Positions 8,244-17,684 of a stretch of 61,841 bases of DNA are shown piece after piece. Location: positions 1 to 61,841 of the forward strand of contig DASCPW010000054.1 in the NCBI GenBank assembly GCA_036012725.1, given 5' to 3'. A model generated the notes under the pieces. It did not search any database. It was given only the letters and a program-made list of their open reading frames with translations, and was not told the DNA's origin. The translations under genes and the position numbers were made by a program. The DNA comes from Rhodospirillales bacterium (lineage in GTDB: Bacteria; Pseudomonadota; Alphaproteobacteria; Rhodospirillales; 2-02-FULL-58-16). The stretch's first letter is position 1. Every line of letters starts with the position of its first letter.

Positions 8244-8444
8244 ATGAAAGAAACCAACTCCCTCAAAGCAAAGCTCGCGGAACTGAGGTCCGAACATCGC
8301 AATCTCGACAATGTGATCGCCCGCATCTCCGATCATGGGGTCTATAACCAGCTGCAAGTGCAGCGGCTGAAAAAACGCAAACTGGCGTTGAGAGACCAGA
8401 TCAACCGGCTGGAAAACCAGTTGCTGCCCGACATCATCGCTTGA
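8244..8444 (+). CDS. DUF465 (YdcH-like) small protein
   Basis: The 66-aa ORF reads ...LRSEHRNLDNVIARISDHGVYNQLQVQRLKKRKLALRDQINRLENQL. It is divergent from the other DUF465 gene. Confidence 0.8.
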   Translation: MKETNSLKAKLAELRSEHRNLDNVIARISDHGVYNQLQVQRLKKRKLALRDQINRLENQLLPDIIA

Positions 8445-8476
8445 GCCATCGCGGCGCCCCGCCGCGCGGGAGGGCC

Positions 8477-8989
8477 TTAGCCGCCGCCTTTGCCGCCACT
8501 CGCGCCGGCATCGCCAGATTTACGCCGGACCAGCAAGTCACGGTTGGCGGCACCGAAGATCTCCTCGGGGCTGTCGCCGACGGCGAGGTCGTGGGTTTTT
8601 GCCAAGGCGGTCTCGCTTCCGGCAAGGGCCAGGATGATACCGAAAGCGTTGCCGCCGAGACAGCCGATGGCGTCGCTGGCGCGCAGTCCTTGATGGAGGA
8701 TCGCGGCGACATGTTTCAGCGCCTCTTGGGCCGCCAAATGGCCCAGCTCCTCACCGATAATATCGATAGCGCGGAGACGGATATAGACGAAGCTGCTGGT
8801 GGTTTCCACCCGTTCGGAAACGAGCTGGCGCCGCGAAAGCTCCCGCATCAGGCCGTGCCGGCTCTTCACTGGCAAAAAGGAATTGTTGTCGGCGGCCTCT
8901 TCCAGATAGGCGACATGGGCGCGGGAATGCTCCAATTGATGACGCATATGGTCGAACTCATGGAGGATATCGGTGAGCGCTTCCTGCAC
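8477..8989 (-). CDS. small GGDEF-like domain protein (degenerate active site GGNAF)
   Basis: It is 170 aa with a GTG start. It has RHGLMRELSRR...SFVYIRLRAIDII...RASDAIGCLGGNAFGIIL, so the GGDEF-domain layout is present but the catalytic motif is degenerate. Confidence 0.55.
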   Translation of the reverse strand: MQEALTDILHEFDHMRHQLEHSRAHVAYLEEAADNNSFLPVKSRHGLMRELSRRQLVSERVETTSSFVYIRLRAIDIIGEELGHLAAQEALKHVAAILHQGLRASDAIGCLGGNAFGIILALAGSETALAKTHDLAVGDSPEEIFGAANRDLLVRRKSGDAGASGGKGGG

Positions 8990-9296
8990 CTTGGGCGTTA
9001 GCTCCGTCGCCGGAACGCCCGCAACATCGGAGACGCTCTGGCGGCGCGGCGGCCTACGGTCCTGTTAAGGTGACGCCTGCCATTGCCCGCCTTTGGTGTA
9101 GGCGGTGTGGATCGGGCTGATGGCGTTCACTTTGCTGACGTCTACCACGGCTTTCCGCCTTTACCCTTTACGCCTTTCAAGCTAATACTCCGGGCGCCGT
9201 GAAAAAAGCGATTCCGGGCGCCACTTGGCGATCATGGCGTCAATCCATATAATTACCGTTTTTTCATTCCGCCTTACAGGTAAGGAGCCCCTTTCG

Positions 9297-9788
9297 ATGA
9301 CCAACGCCGCCCCCACCGTCGGCATAATCATGGGCAGCCAGTCCGACTGGCCGGTCATGCGCCACGCCGCCGAAACCCTCGATAAGCTGGGGGTGTCTTT
9401 GGAAACCCGCGTCATCTCCGCCCACAGGACGCCGAAACGCCTGGAGGAATATGCTACCGGCGCTAAAGAGCGGGGCCTGAAAGTGCTCATTGCCGGCGCC
9501 GGCATGGCCGCCGCCCTGCCCGGATCGGCGGCGGCGCTAACGCCGTTGCCGGTGCTGGGCGTACCCATGGAAGGCAAACTCTTGGGCGGCCTCGACGCGC
9601 TCCTGGCGATGGTGCAGATGCCGCCCGGCGTGCCCGTTGGAACACTCGGCATCGGCAAAGCCGGCGCCATCAACGCCGCTTTGCTAGCGGCCGCCATTGT
9701 CGCCCTTGGGGACGAGACCGTCGCCAGCGCCGTCGATGATTTTCGCGCCAAGCAAACGGCCGGCGTTCCCGCCACTCCCGAGGCATAA
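9297..9788 (+). CDS. purE: 5-(carboxyamino)imidazole ribonucleotide mutase
   Basis: The ORF reads [21 protein letters not shown]...SAHRTP...AGMAAALPG...PVLGVP. A TAAGGAG RBS precedes the ATG at 9297. No purK is adjacent. Confidence 0.9.
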   Translation: MTNAAPTVGIIMGSQSDWPVMRHAAETLDKLGVSLETRVISAHRTPKRLEEYATGAKERGLKVLIAGAGMAAALPGSAAALTPLPVLGVPMEGKLLGGLDALLAMVQMPPGVPVGTLGIGKAGAINAALLAAAIVALGDETVASAVDDFRAKQTAGVPATPEA

Positions 9789-9826
9789 AAATACTTCGCC
9801 GCCGGCGAGTGAAACGGTAACAGGGT

Positions 9827-10465
9827 TTAAGGGCGTTTCTCGCCGCCCATGCCGGGCGCCGCCGGCCACGGCGGGCGGGACAGTACGCGGGCCAGTTTCG
9901 CTCGCCAGGCAGGGATTTTCAGAACTTCGGCCAAGCGGCGGTCGAGAAAACCCCAGGTTTCGGCGAAATCATCCGAATCATCGCCCAGCCAGCAAAGGAG
10001 CGTCGCCGTGTAGACGGCGAGCAACAGGCCGCGCTTGCTATAGTAATTGAAATCAGCCGAGGTATCGTCGGCGGCATACCAAATAGCGTCGACGGTTTTG
10101 CAAGTCATCTTCGCCGCCGCTCCGCCATGGCCCGGCCGCGCCAGGAAGGAAAGCAGCCTCTGCACCGCCTTGCGGTGGGGGCCCAAGGCTTGCAAACGCA
10201 GGCGCAGGCCCGCCGCCACCCGGTCGCGCACCCGCATGGATTGCAAATCCAAACGGTCCAGTTCGGCCAACATTTGCCGGTCGGCGTAATCGGCAAAGTG
10301 TTCGGCGGCTTGCAAGGCGCCATAGGGAAAAGCGCGTAGCGCCCTGTCCGGAGGCAAGCCCAAATCGACGGCGCCCTGTTTCAGGGCCTTCATCCCCCAG
10401 CCGTCGAAGGGTACGTGCGCCAAGGCGGCGACGAGAATTTTATCTTCAATCTTTTGTTGTTTCAT
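9827..10465 (-). CDS. COQ9-family protein (the 'rpsU-divergently transcribed protein')
   Basis: It is 212 aa and reads ILVAALAHVPFDGWGMKAL.... It occupies the position typical of the alphaproteobacterial rpsU-divergent COQ9-like gene. Confidence 0.75.
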   Translation of the reverse strand: MKQQKIEDKILVAALAHVPFDGWGMKALKQGAVDLGLPPDRALRAFPYGALQAAEHFADYADRQMLAELDRLDLQSMRVRDRVAAGLRLRLQALGPHRKAVQRLLSFLARPGHGGAAAKMTCKTVDAIWYAADDTSADFNYYSKRGLLLAVYTATLLCWLGDDSDDFAETWGFLDRRLAEVLKIPAWRAKLARVLSRPPWPAAPGMGGEKRP

Positions 10466-10593
10466 GACACCTGTCCAGGACGATTGAGCTTATCACTATC
10501 GCATGCCGGAGCAAAGGTTTCCCCGGGCCTTTTGTCATCGGCTCCTGCCATCTGGACAAGAAGGCCCATGGGCAGAATGAACTCCGAAGGCGT

Positions 10594-10854
10594 CTACTTG
10601 CCGCCACCCGGAAGATAGCGCCTGATGAAAGCCAGGGCCTCGGGCGAATCCCAGTCGACGGGGCCAACGATCCGTCCCAGTTCCCTGTTCTCGGCATCGA
10701 GAAGCATGGTGGTGGGTAGAAGACCCTGCTTGAAGGCTCTTCCCAGTCTCCTGTCCTTGTCGATGAAAATGGGAAAGTTGGTGAGATTTCGCTTATTGAA
10801 GAACTTCCTCACCGCCGTCCCGCCGCCGCTGTCCTGGGAAATGGTCAAGACCAT
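10594..10854 (-). pseudogene. C-terminal remnant of a TlpA/ResA-like thioredoxin-fold protein
   Basis: The fragment reads (DGKNF)MVLTISQD...FPIFIDKDRRLGRAFKQGLLPTTMLLDAENRELGRIVGPVDWDSPEALAFI. There is no CxxC-bearing N-terminal half. The in-frame upstream sequence hits a stop inside the def 3' end. Confidence 0.5.
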
Positions 10855-10867
10855 GAAATTCTTGCCA

Positions 10868-11452
10868 TCAGCCGTTTTCCGGCTCTTCTTCTTTCCTTTC
10901 CTCCATCAGGCAGCGCTCGATCTCCTCCGCGAAACCGAACGTCGCCAGGTCGGTCATGCGCCTGGGAAAGAGGATGCCTTCCAGATGGTCGCACTCATGC
11001 TGAATGACGCGGGCATGGAAGCCTTCCGCCGTCCCCTCGATCTCGCCACCGTCAAGGCCGAGGGCGCGATAGCCTATGCGGGTCGGGCGCCGCACCATGC
11101 CGGTCATGCCGGGCACCGATAAACAGCCTTCTAAAGCCTCCTCGCTGTCATCGGTCAGCGGCTCGATCTTGGGATTAATGAGTACGCTTAAAGGCACTTC
11201 CGGCGATTCCTCGCCGAGGCCGGCGGCACGATAGCGCTCGGGCGCGTCGGGCGCCGGCGGAATACGATAGATCACCAGGCGGGCGGGAACGTATACCTGT
11301 GGGGCCGCAAGACCGACGCCGTCGGCATCGGCCATCGTATCGACCATGTGCCCGACGAGGGCGGTGACTTCCGACGCCGTCGGGTCGGCAATGGGTTCGG
11401 CGGCGCGGCGCAGAACCGGATGGCCCATGCGGGCAATTTTTAAAATAGCCAT
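10868..11452 (-). CDS. def: peptide deformylase
   Basis: The three deformylase motifs are present: GVGLAAPQV, EGCLSVPG and HECDHLEG. Confidence 0.92.
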   Translation of the reverse strand: MAILKIARMGHPVLRRAAEPIADPTASEVTALVGHMVDTMADADGVGLAAPQVYVPARLVIYRIPPAPDAPERYRAAGLGEESPEVPLSVLINPKIEPLTDDSEEALEGCLSVPGMTGMVRRPTRIGYRALGLDGGEIEGTAEGFHARVIQHECDHLEGILFPRRMTDLATFGFAEEIERCLMEERKEEEPENG

Positions 11453-11630
11453 ATTGTGGATTTCCGTTCATTCATGTTCATAGCGTTTAGGAGTCCTATC
11501 CGACGCGGCTTCGCCGCGCCCTTGAAACGGACCTTCCCATCCCCGGTTGAATGTGTTAGAAGGCCTCCCTCTCGGACACAAGCCCCCGCTTGCGTCCGTT
11601 TTGCCATTTTGCCAAGGAAAGAAAACCTAC

Positions 11631-11834
11631 GTGCAAGTAACCGTCCGCGACAACAACGTCGACCAGGCCCTGAAAGCGCTGAAAAAAAAGATGCAACGCG
11701 AAGGCGTCTTCCGCGAAATGAAGCTGCGGCGATCGTATGAGAAGCCGTCCGAGCGCAAGGCCCGGGAAAAAGCCGAAGCCGTCCGCCGCGCCCGCAAGCT
11801 GGAGCGCAAACGTTTGGAACGCGACGGCTTCTGA
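11631..11834 (+). CDS. rpsU: 30S ribosomal protein S21
   Basis: A GTG start at 11631 gives (M)[40 protein letters not shown].... An AAGGAAAG RBS lies upstream. Confidence 0.9.
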   Translation: MQVTVRDNNVDQALKALKKKMQREGVFREMKLRRSYEKPSERKAREKAEAVRRARKLERKRLERDGF

Positions 11835-11931
11835 GCTCCCTCAAGATCACCTCGGCCGTCCACAACGAATGATGCGCTTCGCCATCGGCGGCGTTATGTT
11901 GCGTCCCTGATGGCCGGGGCTTGGCGAACGA

Positions 11932-12075
11932 TCACGAGCCATTGCGCCCCGCGCACCAGTGCCGCCATATGCGGCGGTAGGCAGCTTCCAGTTTTTCGGT
12001 AAAGGCCTTGGCGTCGGTCAGGCCGGATAGCCCCACCCTGGCGCGCAAATCACCGCGCAGCGCCCCAAGGCAGCT
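11932..12075 (-). pseudogene. 3' remnant of a TPR/O-GlcNAc-transferase-like glycosyltransferase gene
   Basis: My own translation gives ...LRGDLRARVGLSGLTDAKAFTEKLEAAYRRIWRHWCAGRNGS*. This resembles the conserved C-terminal tail of SPINDLY/OGT-like proteins. No upstream ORF body is present. Confidence 0.35.
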
Positions 12076-12228
12076 CCGGGCGGCGGCGCGGTGGGCGTTC
12101 CTTGCCGTTTTTGCAACTTGGCGCGGCGCCGCCGCTCGCGCCTATTCACTTTCCCTGACCCGCCATGTTTCACGGCTGCTTAGTGCTCCGTCTCATTTCC
12201 AGGGCACCCTCGACTCCGGAGCGCCTTT

Positions 12229-13425
12229 TCATAAACGCCGGGAAACGATCTCTGCCACTTCCCTGTCGGCCAAAACGATGGGGTTGGTTTTCATGCTCGA
12301 CCCACGGCTGCCGGCGACGATCTTTTCCATATGGGTTTCGTTGACACCGTAAGCACCCAACCGGGGCAAGGACAATTTTTCCGTCCACATCCTCAGGGTT
12401 TTGACCAGGGTGTCCAGGGCTTCGTCGCGATCGCTGAAGGCCTGGCCGACGAGGAGGCCGGCGACGCGGTGGTATTTGTCGAGCGCCGGGCTATCCGGTT
12501 CGCGTTCCAGCAAAGCGGCGAAATTGACCTCGCTGGCCTCGGCGACCAGGGTGCCACAGACGACGCCATGGGGAATGGAGAAAAAGGCGCCCAGGGGCTG
12601 TGCCAGCCCGTGCACCGAACCGAGTCCGGTCTGGGCCAGGCAGATGCCCGACATCAGCGAGGCATAGGCGATTTGCGAGCGGCCCGCCGCGGCGCTTTCT
12701 CCATCTCCTTGCCAGGCCGTGAAGAAGCCTTTGCCAAAGGCTTCCATGCCGGACCAGGCGAGCGCCTCGGTCAGCGGGTTGGCGCGAATCGAAACATACG
12801 ATTCCAAAAGCTGGGTGAAGGCGTCCATGCCGTTGGCGGCGAGGACCGTTGGCGGGCAGGATTCGAGGAGCGCCGGGTCGACTATGGCGAGCCTGGCGAC
12901 CAGCGCCTCGTCGCGGAATGACTTCTTGAATCCCTCCTCGCCAAGCCGGCTCAGTACCGCGTTCTTGGTCGCCTCGCTGCCAGTGCCCGCCGTTGTCGGA
13001 ACGGCGATGAAAGGGACGGCAGGCCCTTGATAGGGTATCTCCGGCCCCATCCCTTCCAGATGGTCGAGCACCGAGTTGCCGGTCTTGAGCAGGCCGGCGA
13101 TGGCCTTGGCCGCGTCCATGGCGCTGCCGCCGCCGATGCCGATGACCAGGTCAAAGGCGGCGTCCCGGTATTGGGCCACCGCCTCGTCGATTAGATCCGG
13201 GGAAGGCTCACCGGCGACGACGAAGGATTCCCAGGCCATGCCGTTCCCATCCAGCCCTTCGCGCAAGCGCCGCCAAAAGGGCATCGCCCGCAATGACCGG
13301 GCGCCGGTGACGACGAGGGCGCGCCCGCCGAAAGCGGCGGCCTGTTCGGCAACCGAGTCCGCCGCCCCGGCACCGAACACGATTCGCGGCAACCTGGATA
13401 TGACAAAAGGATCTATCGCGGCCAT
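12229..13425 (-). CDS. iron-containing (group III) alcohol dehydrogenase
   Basis: It is 398 aa and contains GIGGGSAMDAAKAIA and VPTTAGTGSEATKNAVL, the Fe-ADH signature regions. Confidence 0.85.
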   Translation of the reverse strand: MAAIDPFVISRLPRIVFGAGAADSVAEQAAAFGGRALVVTGARSLRAMPFWRRLREGLDGNGMAWESFVVAGEPSPDLIDEAVAQYRDAAFDLVIGIGGGSAMDAAKAIAGLLKTGNSVLDHLEGMGPEIPYQGPAVPFIAVPTTAGTGSEATKNAVLSRLGEEGFKKSFRDEALVARLAIVDPALLESCPPTVLAANGMDAFTQLLESYVSIRANPLTEALAWSGMEAFGKGFFTAWQGDGESAAAGRSQIAYASLMSGICLAQTGLGSVHGLAQPLGAFFSIPHGVVCGTLVAEASEVNFAALLEREPDSPALDKYHRVAGLLVGQAFSDRDEALDTLVKTLRMWTEKLSLPRLGAYGVNETHMEKIVAGSRGSSMKTNPIVLADREVAEIVSRRL

Positions 13426-13431
13426 GGGAAT

Positions 13432-13728
13432 CTAATCTTTCGGGAACAGTCCTTGGTATGGAACGCCCCGGCGCGGTTCGGCCATCATCTCGGCGACAGC
13501 CTGGCGCCAGCCGAGATAATGCTTGGTTTGCTTGTGGGCCGCCGCGTCCTCCGGCCGAGCGTAAGCTTCGTAGAGGGCGAATTTCGTCGGCGCGGCGCTA
13601 TCCTGCAACACATCGAACCTCAGGTTTCCGGCTTCTTGCACCGATCCAAAATGATTGACGCGCGTCGCGGCGATGAAATCGTCGATGCGGTCCGGCTTGA
13701 CGGTGACGTGAACGATGGTGACATGCAT
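13432..13728 (-). CDS. antibiotic biosynthesis monooxygenase (ABM) family protein
   Basis: The ORF reads MHVTIVHVTVKPDRIDDFIAATRVNHFGSVQEAGNLRFDVLQD...YEAYARPEDAAAHKQTKHY. A GGGAGGGAG RBS precedes it. It is probably co-transcribed with the ADH. Confidence 0.75.
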   Translation of the reverse strand: MHVTIVHVTVKPDRIDDFIAATRVNHFGSVQEAGNLRFDVLQDSAAPTKFALYEAYARPEDAAAHKQTKHYLGWRQAVAEMMAEPRRGVPYQGLFPKD

Positions 13729-13940
13729 GGGCTCCCTCCCGCGAACCTGGACTGGATGCTTTTCGGTCTTCCGGCGGCAAACTATAGGCAAGGTCGGCAC
13801 CGCCGTGAAGACGCCTGTTCGGAGGCTCGCTTCGGCCTAGCTTTATTTTGATATACACCAAATATTTTATTGACTAAATTTATTTACCATATTATATATG
13901 TCATATATATTTATATACAATATATATATGTTTTATTATC

Positions 13941-16715
13941 ATGCCGCAGCTTGCCAATGTTGAAACGTCGCCCCGGGTCGCCGAAGACAGGCCGCCCGAG
14001 CCGCTAGCCAATATTTCCGATATCGACGAATTTGGCGACGTAGTTAATAAATTCATGCTGGGCTCGTGGCCCGAGGAAAGGTGGACGACCTTCCGTTTAC
14101 GTTTTGGCATCTATGCCCAAAGACAAGAGGCCATGCACATGGTGCGGGCGAAGATCCCGGGCGGCCTGTTGAGTTTCGAGCAAGCGCGGGAATTGGCCCG
14201 GGCCAACCAGAAATTCTGCGGCGGCGACATTCTCATCACCACGCGCCAAGATTTTCAGTTCTATTACGTCACCTTGGACGCCCTGCAAGGACTTCTGAAG
14301 GCCCTCAACCGTTCAGGCGTGACCACCCGCGAGTCCTCCGGCAACACCTTCCGCAACATCACCTCCTGCGCCCTTGCCGGCGTTTGCCCGCACGAGCACG
14401 TCGACGCCGGCATCGTCGCCAGGCAGTTGGTGTCCAATTGGATTCGCCATCCCTTGGTTCAACACATGCCGCGCAAGTTCAAGGCCACCGTTTCCGGCTG
14501 TGACCACGATTGCGGTTTCTCCTCCATCGACGATCTGGGCTTCATCGCCACCGTCAGGGATGGCCAGCCGGGGTTCAAGGTTATGGCCGGCGGCGGTTTG
14601 GGCAGCAAGCCACGAGCCGCCATCGTGCTCATGGAGTTCGTCGGCGAAGACGAGATGGGCGCCGTCCAAGAAGCCCTGGCGCGCGTCCACCATCGTTTTT
14701 CCAACCGCAAGAAAAAAATGGCCTCGCGCCTCAAGTTCCTGGTCGAGCGGCTGGGCGAGAGCGCTTTCATCCGCCTTTTCAAGGAAGAGTTCGAACGCGC
14801 CCGCGCCCTCTCCCGGCGGCCCTGGCAACCCCTGCGTTGGCGCAGACCAACCGGCGGCGATGCTCCCCCGCCCCTGCCCGGCGCGTTGATCGACCAGCAT
14901 GATGGCCGGCGCGGCGTGGTCGTCCGGCCACCCCTTGGTCTGCTGGACTCGGAGCGTCTGCTCAAGCTCTCCGATATAGCCGAACGCCAGGGAGCCCGGG
15001 AGTTTCGCCTGACCCGCGACCAAAACATCATCGCCATCGGTCTTCCCGCCGCCAACGCCGTGAGCTTCGTCGAGCAGGTCCGGGATCTTGGCTTCGATGT
15101 CGGCGACCAGCCGAAGGGCCTGGGCGACGTGGTCTCTTGCATGGGCACCAGCACCTGCCCCATCGGCATCACCAACTCCCACGCTTTCGCTGCTGAGTTG
15201 CTCGCCGACGCCGACGAGCTGGCTGAATTTCCGGAAATACGAATCCGCATTTCAGGCTGCCCCAATTCTTGCGGCCAGCACCATCTCGCCGACATCGGCT
15301 TGCACGGCCTGGCCAAAAAAATCGACGGCAAAAGCGCCCCTCATTATCAAATTCACTTAGGCGGCAATGGCCGCCGGGCCGGCGAAATCGGCTTCACGGG
15401 ACCGACGGTCCCCGCCAGCCACGCCAAGGCGACGCTCAAACTGATCCTCGGTGAATACAGCCGCACCCACCAGGACGGCGAAAGCATGCGCCAATGGGTC
15501 CGCCGCCTTGGCGAGGAGCATATCGAATCCCTTGTCGATTCCCTGGCCGCCGGTTATGACCGGGACGCCAGGGAACTGTTCATAGACAGGGGCGAGAGCG
15601 CCGTTTTCGATCCATCGCCGTCGGGGCCGGGAGAGTGCGCCGCGCCGGTGGTGGTCGGCGAATACCTTGCCGACCTGGCGCGGGTCGAGCGCCTTGATGT
15701 CGACCGGCTCCTTGAACTGGGCAGCCGCGACCTTGCTCTTCGCGTCGCCGGACGTTCCATTTTATGGGCTTGCCGGCGTCTTTTGTTGGTAGCCGGTATT
15801 GAGGTCATGGCGGACCATGACGAGGCTTTGATTCCCGGCGTTAGGGCCCATTACCGAGGCGACAAGAAACTGATCGTTGCCCTGCATGCGGTTCTGGAAG
15901 CCGCCGCCAAGGCTCACGCCGGCGCCGGAGTCATTCTCCTCAACCTGGCCCTGGATGCCTGGATCGAGGAATCGGAAGCCGCCGTCGAACGGCGTTTGCT
16001 GATCGACGTGCCGCCGGCGCCGGGCATCGGCGAGACGGTCGAACCGATAGACCAAGCTGGCGCCGGCGAGGAGCTGGCGCGGCGGCTGAACGACCGCTTT
16101 GGGCATCTCAACGCCCGGCAACTGCTCGCCGCCATGATCCGGGATGAATTTCCCGGCCGCGTCGCCGTCGCTTCGTCATTCGGGACCGAGGCGGCGGTAT
16201 TGCTCGACTTGGTGGCGGAAATCGACGCCGCAACGCCGGTAATTTTTCTCGATACCGGTCTGTTGTTCGAGGAAACCCTGGCTTACCGCGACGTCTTGCA
16301 ATCACACCTGGGTCTCAAGGACGTGCGCACGGTGAGCCCCGATCCGGCGGCCCTCGAAACTTTTGATCCGGAGCGGATATTGCCTCTCACCGCCACCGAC
16401 AATTGCTGCCGTCTTCGCAAGATGCAGCCTCTCGTCAAGGCGTTGCGCGGATTTGACGCCTGGACCACCGGCCGCAAACATTTCCACGGCGGCGAAAGGT
16501 CGGGACTGGCGGTCTTCGAATTCATCGATGGCCGGATCAAGATCAACCCCCTAGCCGCTTGGCCGCCGGCTCGTATCGAGGCTGCTTTCACGGAACGCAA
16601 CCTTCCCCGCCACCCCTTGACTGAAAAGGGATACACATCGGTCGGTTGCGCCCCGTGCACAAGCCTCGCAGGGCGGGGCGGAAAAAGACCGAATACGGCG
16701 CCCCCAACGCCCTGA
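13941..16715 (+). CDS. fusion protein: siroheme sulfite/nitrite reductase hemoprotein + unknown helical linker + APS/PAPS reductase (CysH)
   Basis: It is a single 924-aa ORF. The N-terminal ~560 aa carry SCMGTSTCPIG and SGCPNSCGQH (siroheme-[4Fe-4S] ligands). The C-terminal ~230 aa carry SSFGTEAAVLLDL, CCRLRK and SVGCAPCT (the CC...CxxC pattern of APS-reductase type). An AT-rich promoter island lies upstream at 13860-13940. Confidence 0.85.
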   Translation: MPQLANVETSPRVAEDRPPEPLANISDIDEFGDVVNKFMLGSWPEERWTTFRLRFGIYAQRQEAMHMVRAKIPGGLLSFEQARELARANQKFCGGDILITTRQDFQFYYVTLDALQGLLKALNRSGVTTRESSGNTFRNITSCALAGVCPHEHVDAGIVARQLVSNWIRHPLVQHMPRKFKATVSGCDHDCGFSSIDDLGFIATVRDGQPGFKVMAGGGLGSKPRAAIVLMEFVGEDEMGAVQEALARVHHRFSNRKKKMASRLKFLVERLGESAFIRLFKEEFERARALSRRPWQPLRWRRPTGGDAPPPLPGALIDQHDGRRGVVVRPPLGLLDSERLLKLSDIAERQGAREFRLTRDQNIIAIGLPAANAVSFVEQVRDLGFDVGDQPKGLGDVVSCMGTSTCPIGITNSHAFAAELLADADELAEFPEIRIRISGCPNSCGQHHLADIGLHGLAKKIDGKSAPHYQIHLGGNGRRAGEIGFTGPTVPASHAKATLKLILGEYSRTHQDGESMRQWVRRLGEEHIESLVDSLAAGYDRDARELFIDRGESAVFDPSPSGPGECAAPVVVGEYLADLARVERLDVDRLLELGSRDLALRVAGRSILWACRRLLLVAGIEVMADHDEALIPGVRAHYRGDKKLIVALHAVLEAAAKAHAGAGVILLNLALDAWIEESEAAVERRLLIDVPPAPGIGETVEPIDQAGAGEELARRLNDRFGHLNARQLLAAMIRDEFPGRVAVASSFGTEAAVLLDLVAEIDAATPVIFLDTGLLFEETLAYRDVLQSHLGLKDVRTVSPDPAALETFDPERILPLTATDNCCRLRKMQPLVKALRGFDAWTTGRKHFHGGERSGLAVFEFIDGRIKINPLAAWPPARIEAAFTERNLPRHPLTEKGYTSVGCAPCTSLAGRGGKRPNTAPPTP

Positions 16716-16767
16716 CCGGCGCCGCCTGAGGCACCCCTACCCCTATCCTATCTTCGGCCCGGACCGG

Positions 16768-17253
16768 TCAATCCGGTGGTTCGTGCATAAACCGCATCTT
16801 GAGCTCGCGCGCGACGTCACGCCGTTTGATATGCAGATCGATGACATAAAGATCATGCGCCGGCATGTCGAAAAAGCCACAGTATCCGACGGCCCCGGCG
16901 GCCGTCATCGCCGGAAGCGCCACGAACGGCTTGCCGAAGGGGAGAGACGCCACCATCACCTTAACCCTTGCGTCCGAGATACGTTCATTGGTGGCGGTAT
17001 CAAATACGGTTACGGCCATGTGGTACTTGTGCTTGCCCACCGGGATGCCGTCTATTCCATGCAAGTTATACTGTTGGGGATAGCGTTTGGTGTTCAAGGC
17101 CAGCTCCCTTGTGTGCATAAAGCCGACATGGGGTTGCGCGCCGCCGGCTACCTGGCTCACCGCCACATTGGTTCCCTTGGCGGCGTAGGGAACAAGACAA
17201 AATAAGAGCGAGGCAAGCACAAGGGACACACCCTTTATCAAGTGGTTAAACAT
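16768..17253 (-). CDS. hypothetical exported protein
   Basis: The ORF starts MFNHLIKGVSLVLASLLFCLVPYAAKG (signal peptide) behind a strong GAGGAAGGA RBS. I cannot assign a family with confidence. Confidence 0.55.
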   Translation of the reverse strand: MFNHLIKGVSLVLASLLFCLVPYAAKGTNVAVSQVAGGAQPHVGFMHTRELALNTKRYPQQYNLHGIDGIPVGKHKYHMAVTVFDTATNERISDARVKVMVASLPFGKPFVALPAMTAAGAVGYCGFFDMPAHDLYVIDLHIKRRDVARELKMRFMHEPPD

Positions 17254-17684
17254 GGTTCCTTCCTCGCGACATTGCGATGGCAAGGAGCAGGCGGATAAGC
17301 CTGTCTAAAGGATGGCCCGGCGCTGGCAATTTGGTTCCGAGATCCTAGAAAACCAAGCCAGAAACCGCGCCTTTCGACCTTCGGGTGGCACACCGGAGCC
17401 AGTCCTTCTTAAAAGCGCCGGTATACATGGAGACCACACCTCTACACTCTGCCACCTGATATCCCTCCTCAACAAAAGTAGGCCTTATGCCGATTCATTA
17501 GTATACTAAATTTCTCACGAAATTTCAGTACATTAGATAACAAGTGAAAGAGGGTATGGCTGGCGTTTTCTCCGCCGCCGCCCGAAGCGATCCGCCCTAG
17601 CCGATCCGGGATTATTTGTCCTTTGCTCCCTGTTTTCGTTAAGGTGCCCGCCTTCCCAGTCGCGACTTTCCCTTGGATCGGCCC

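Noticed and set aside
9297-9788. purE lacking an adjacent purK as evidence for an unusual purine pathway.
   Set aside because: purK can be encoded elsewhere. The sequence (SAHRTP, class I-like) gives no reason to infer a different chemistry from this window alone.
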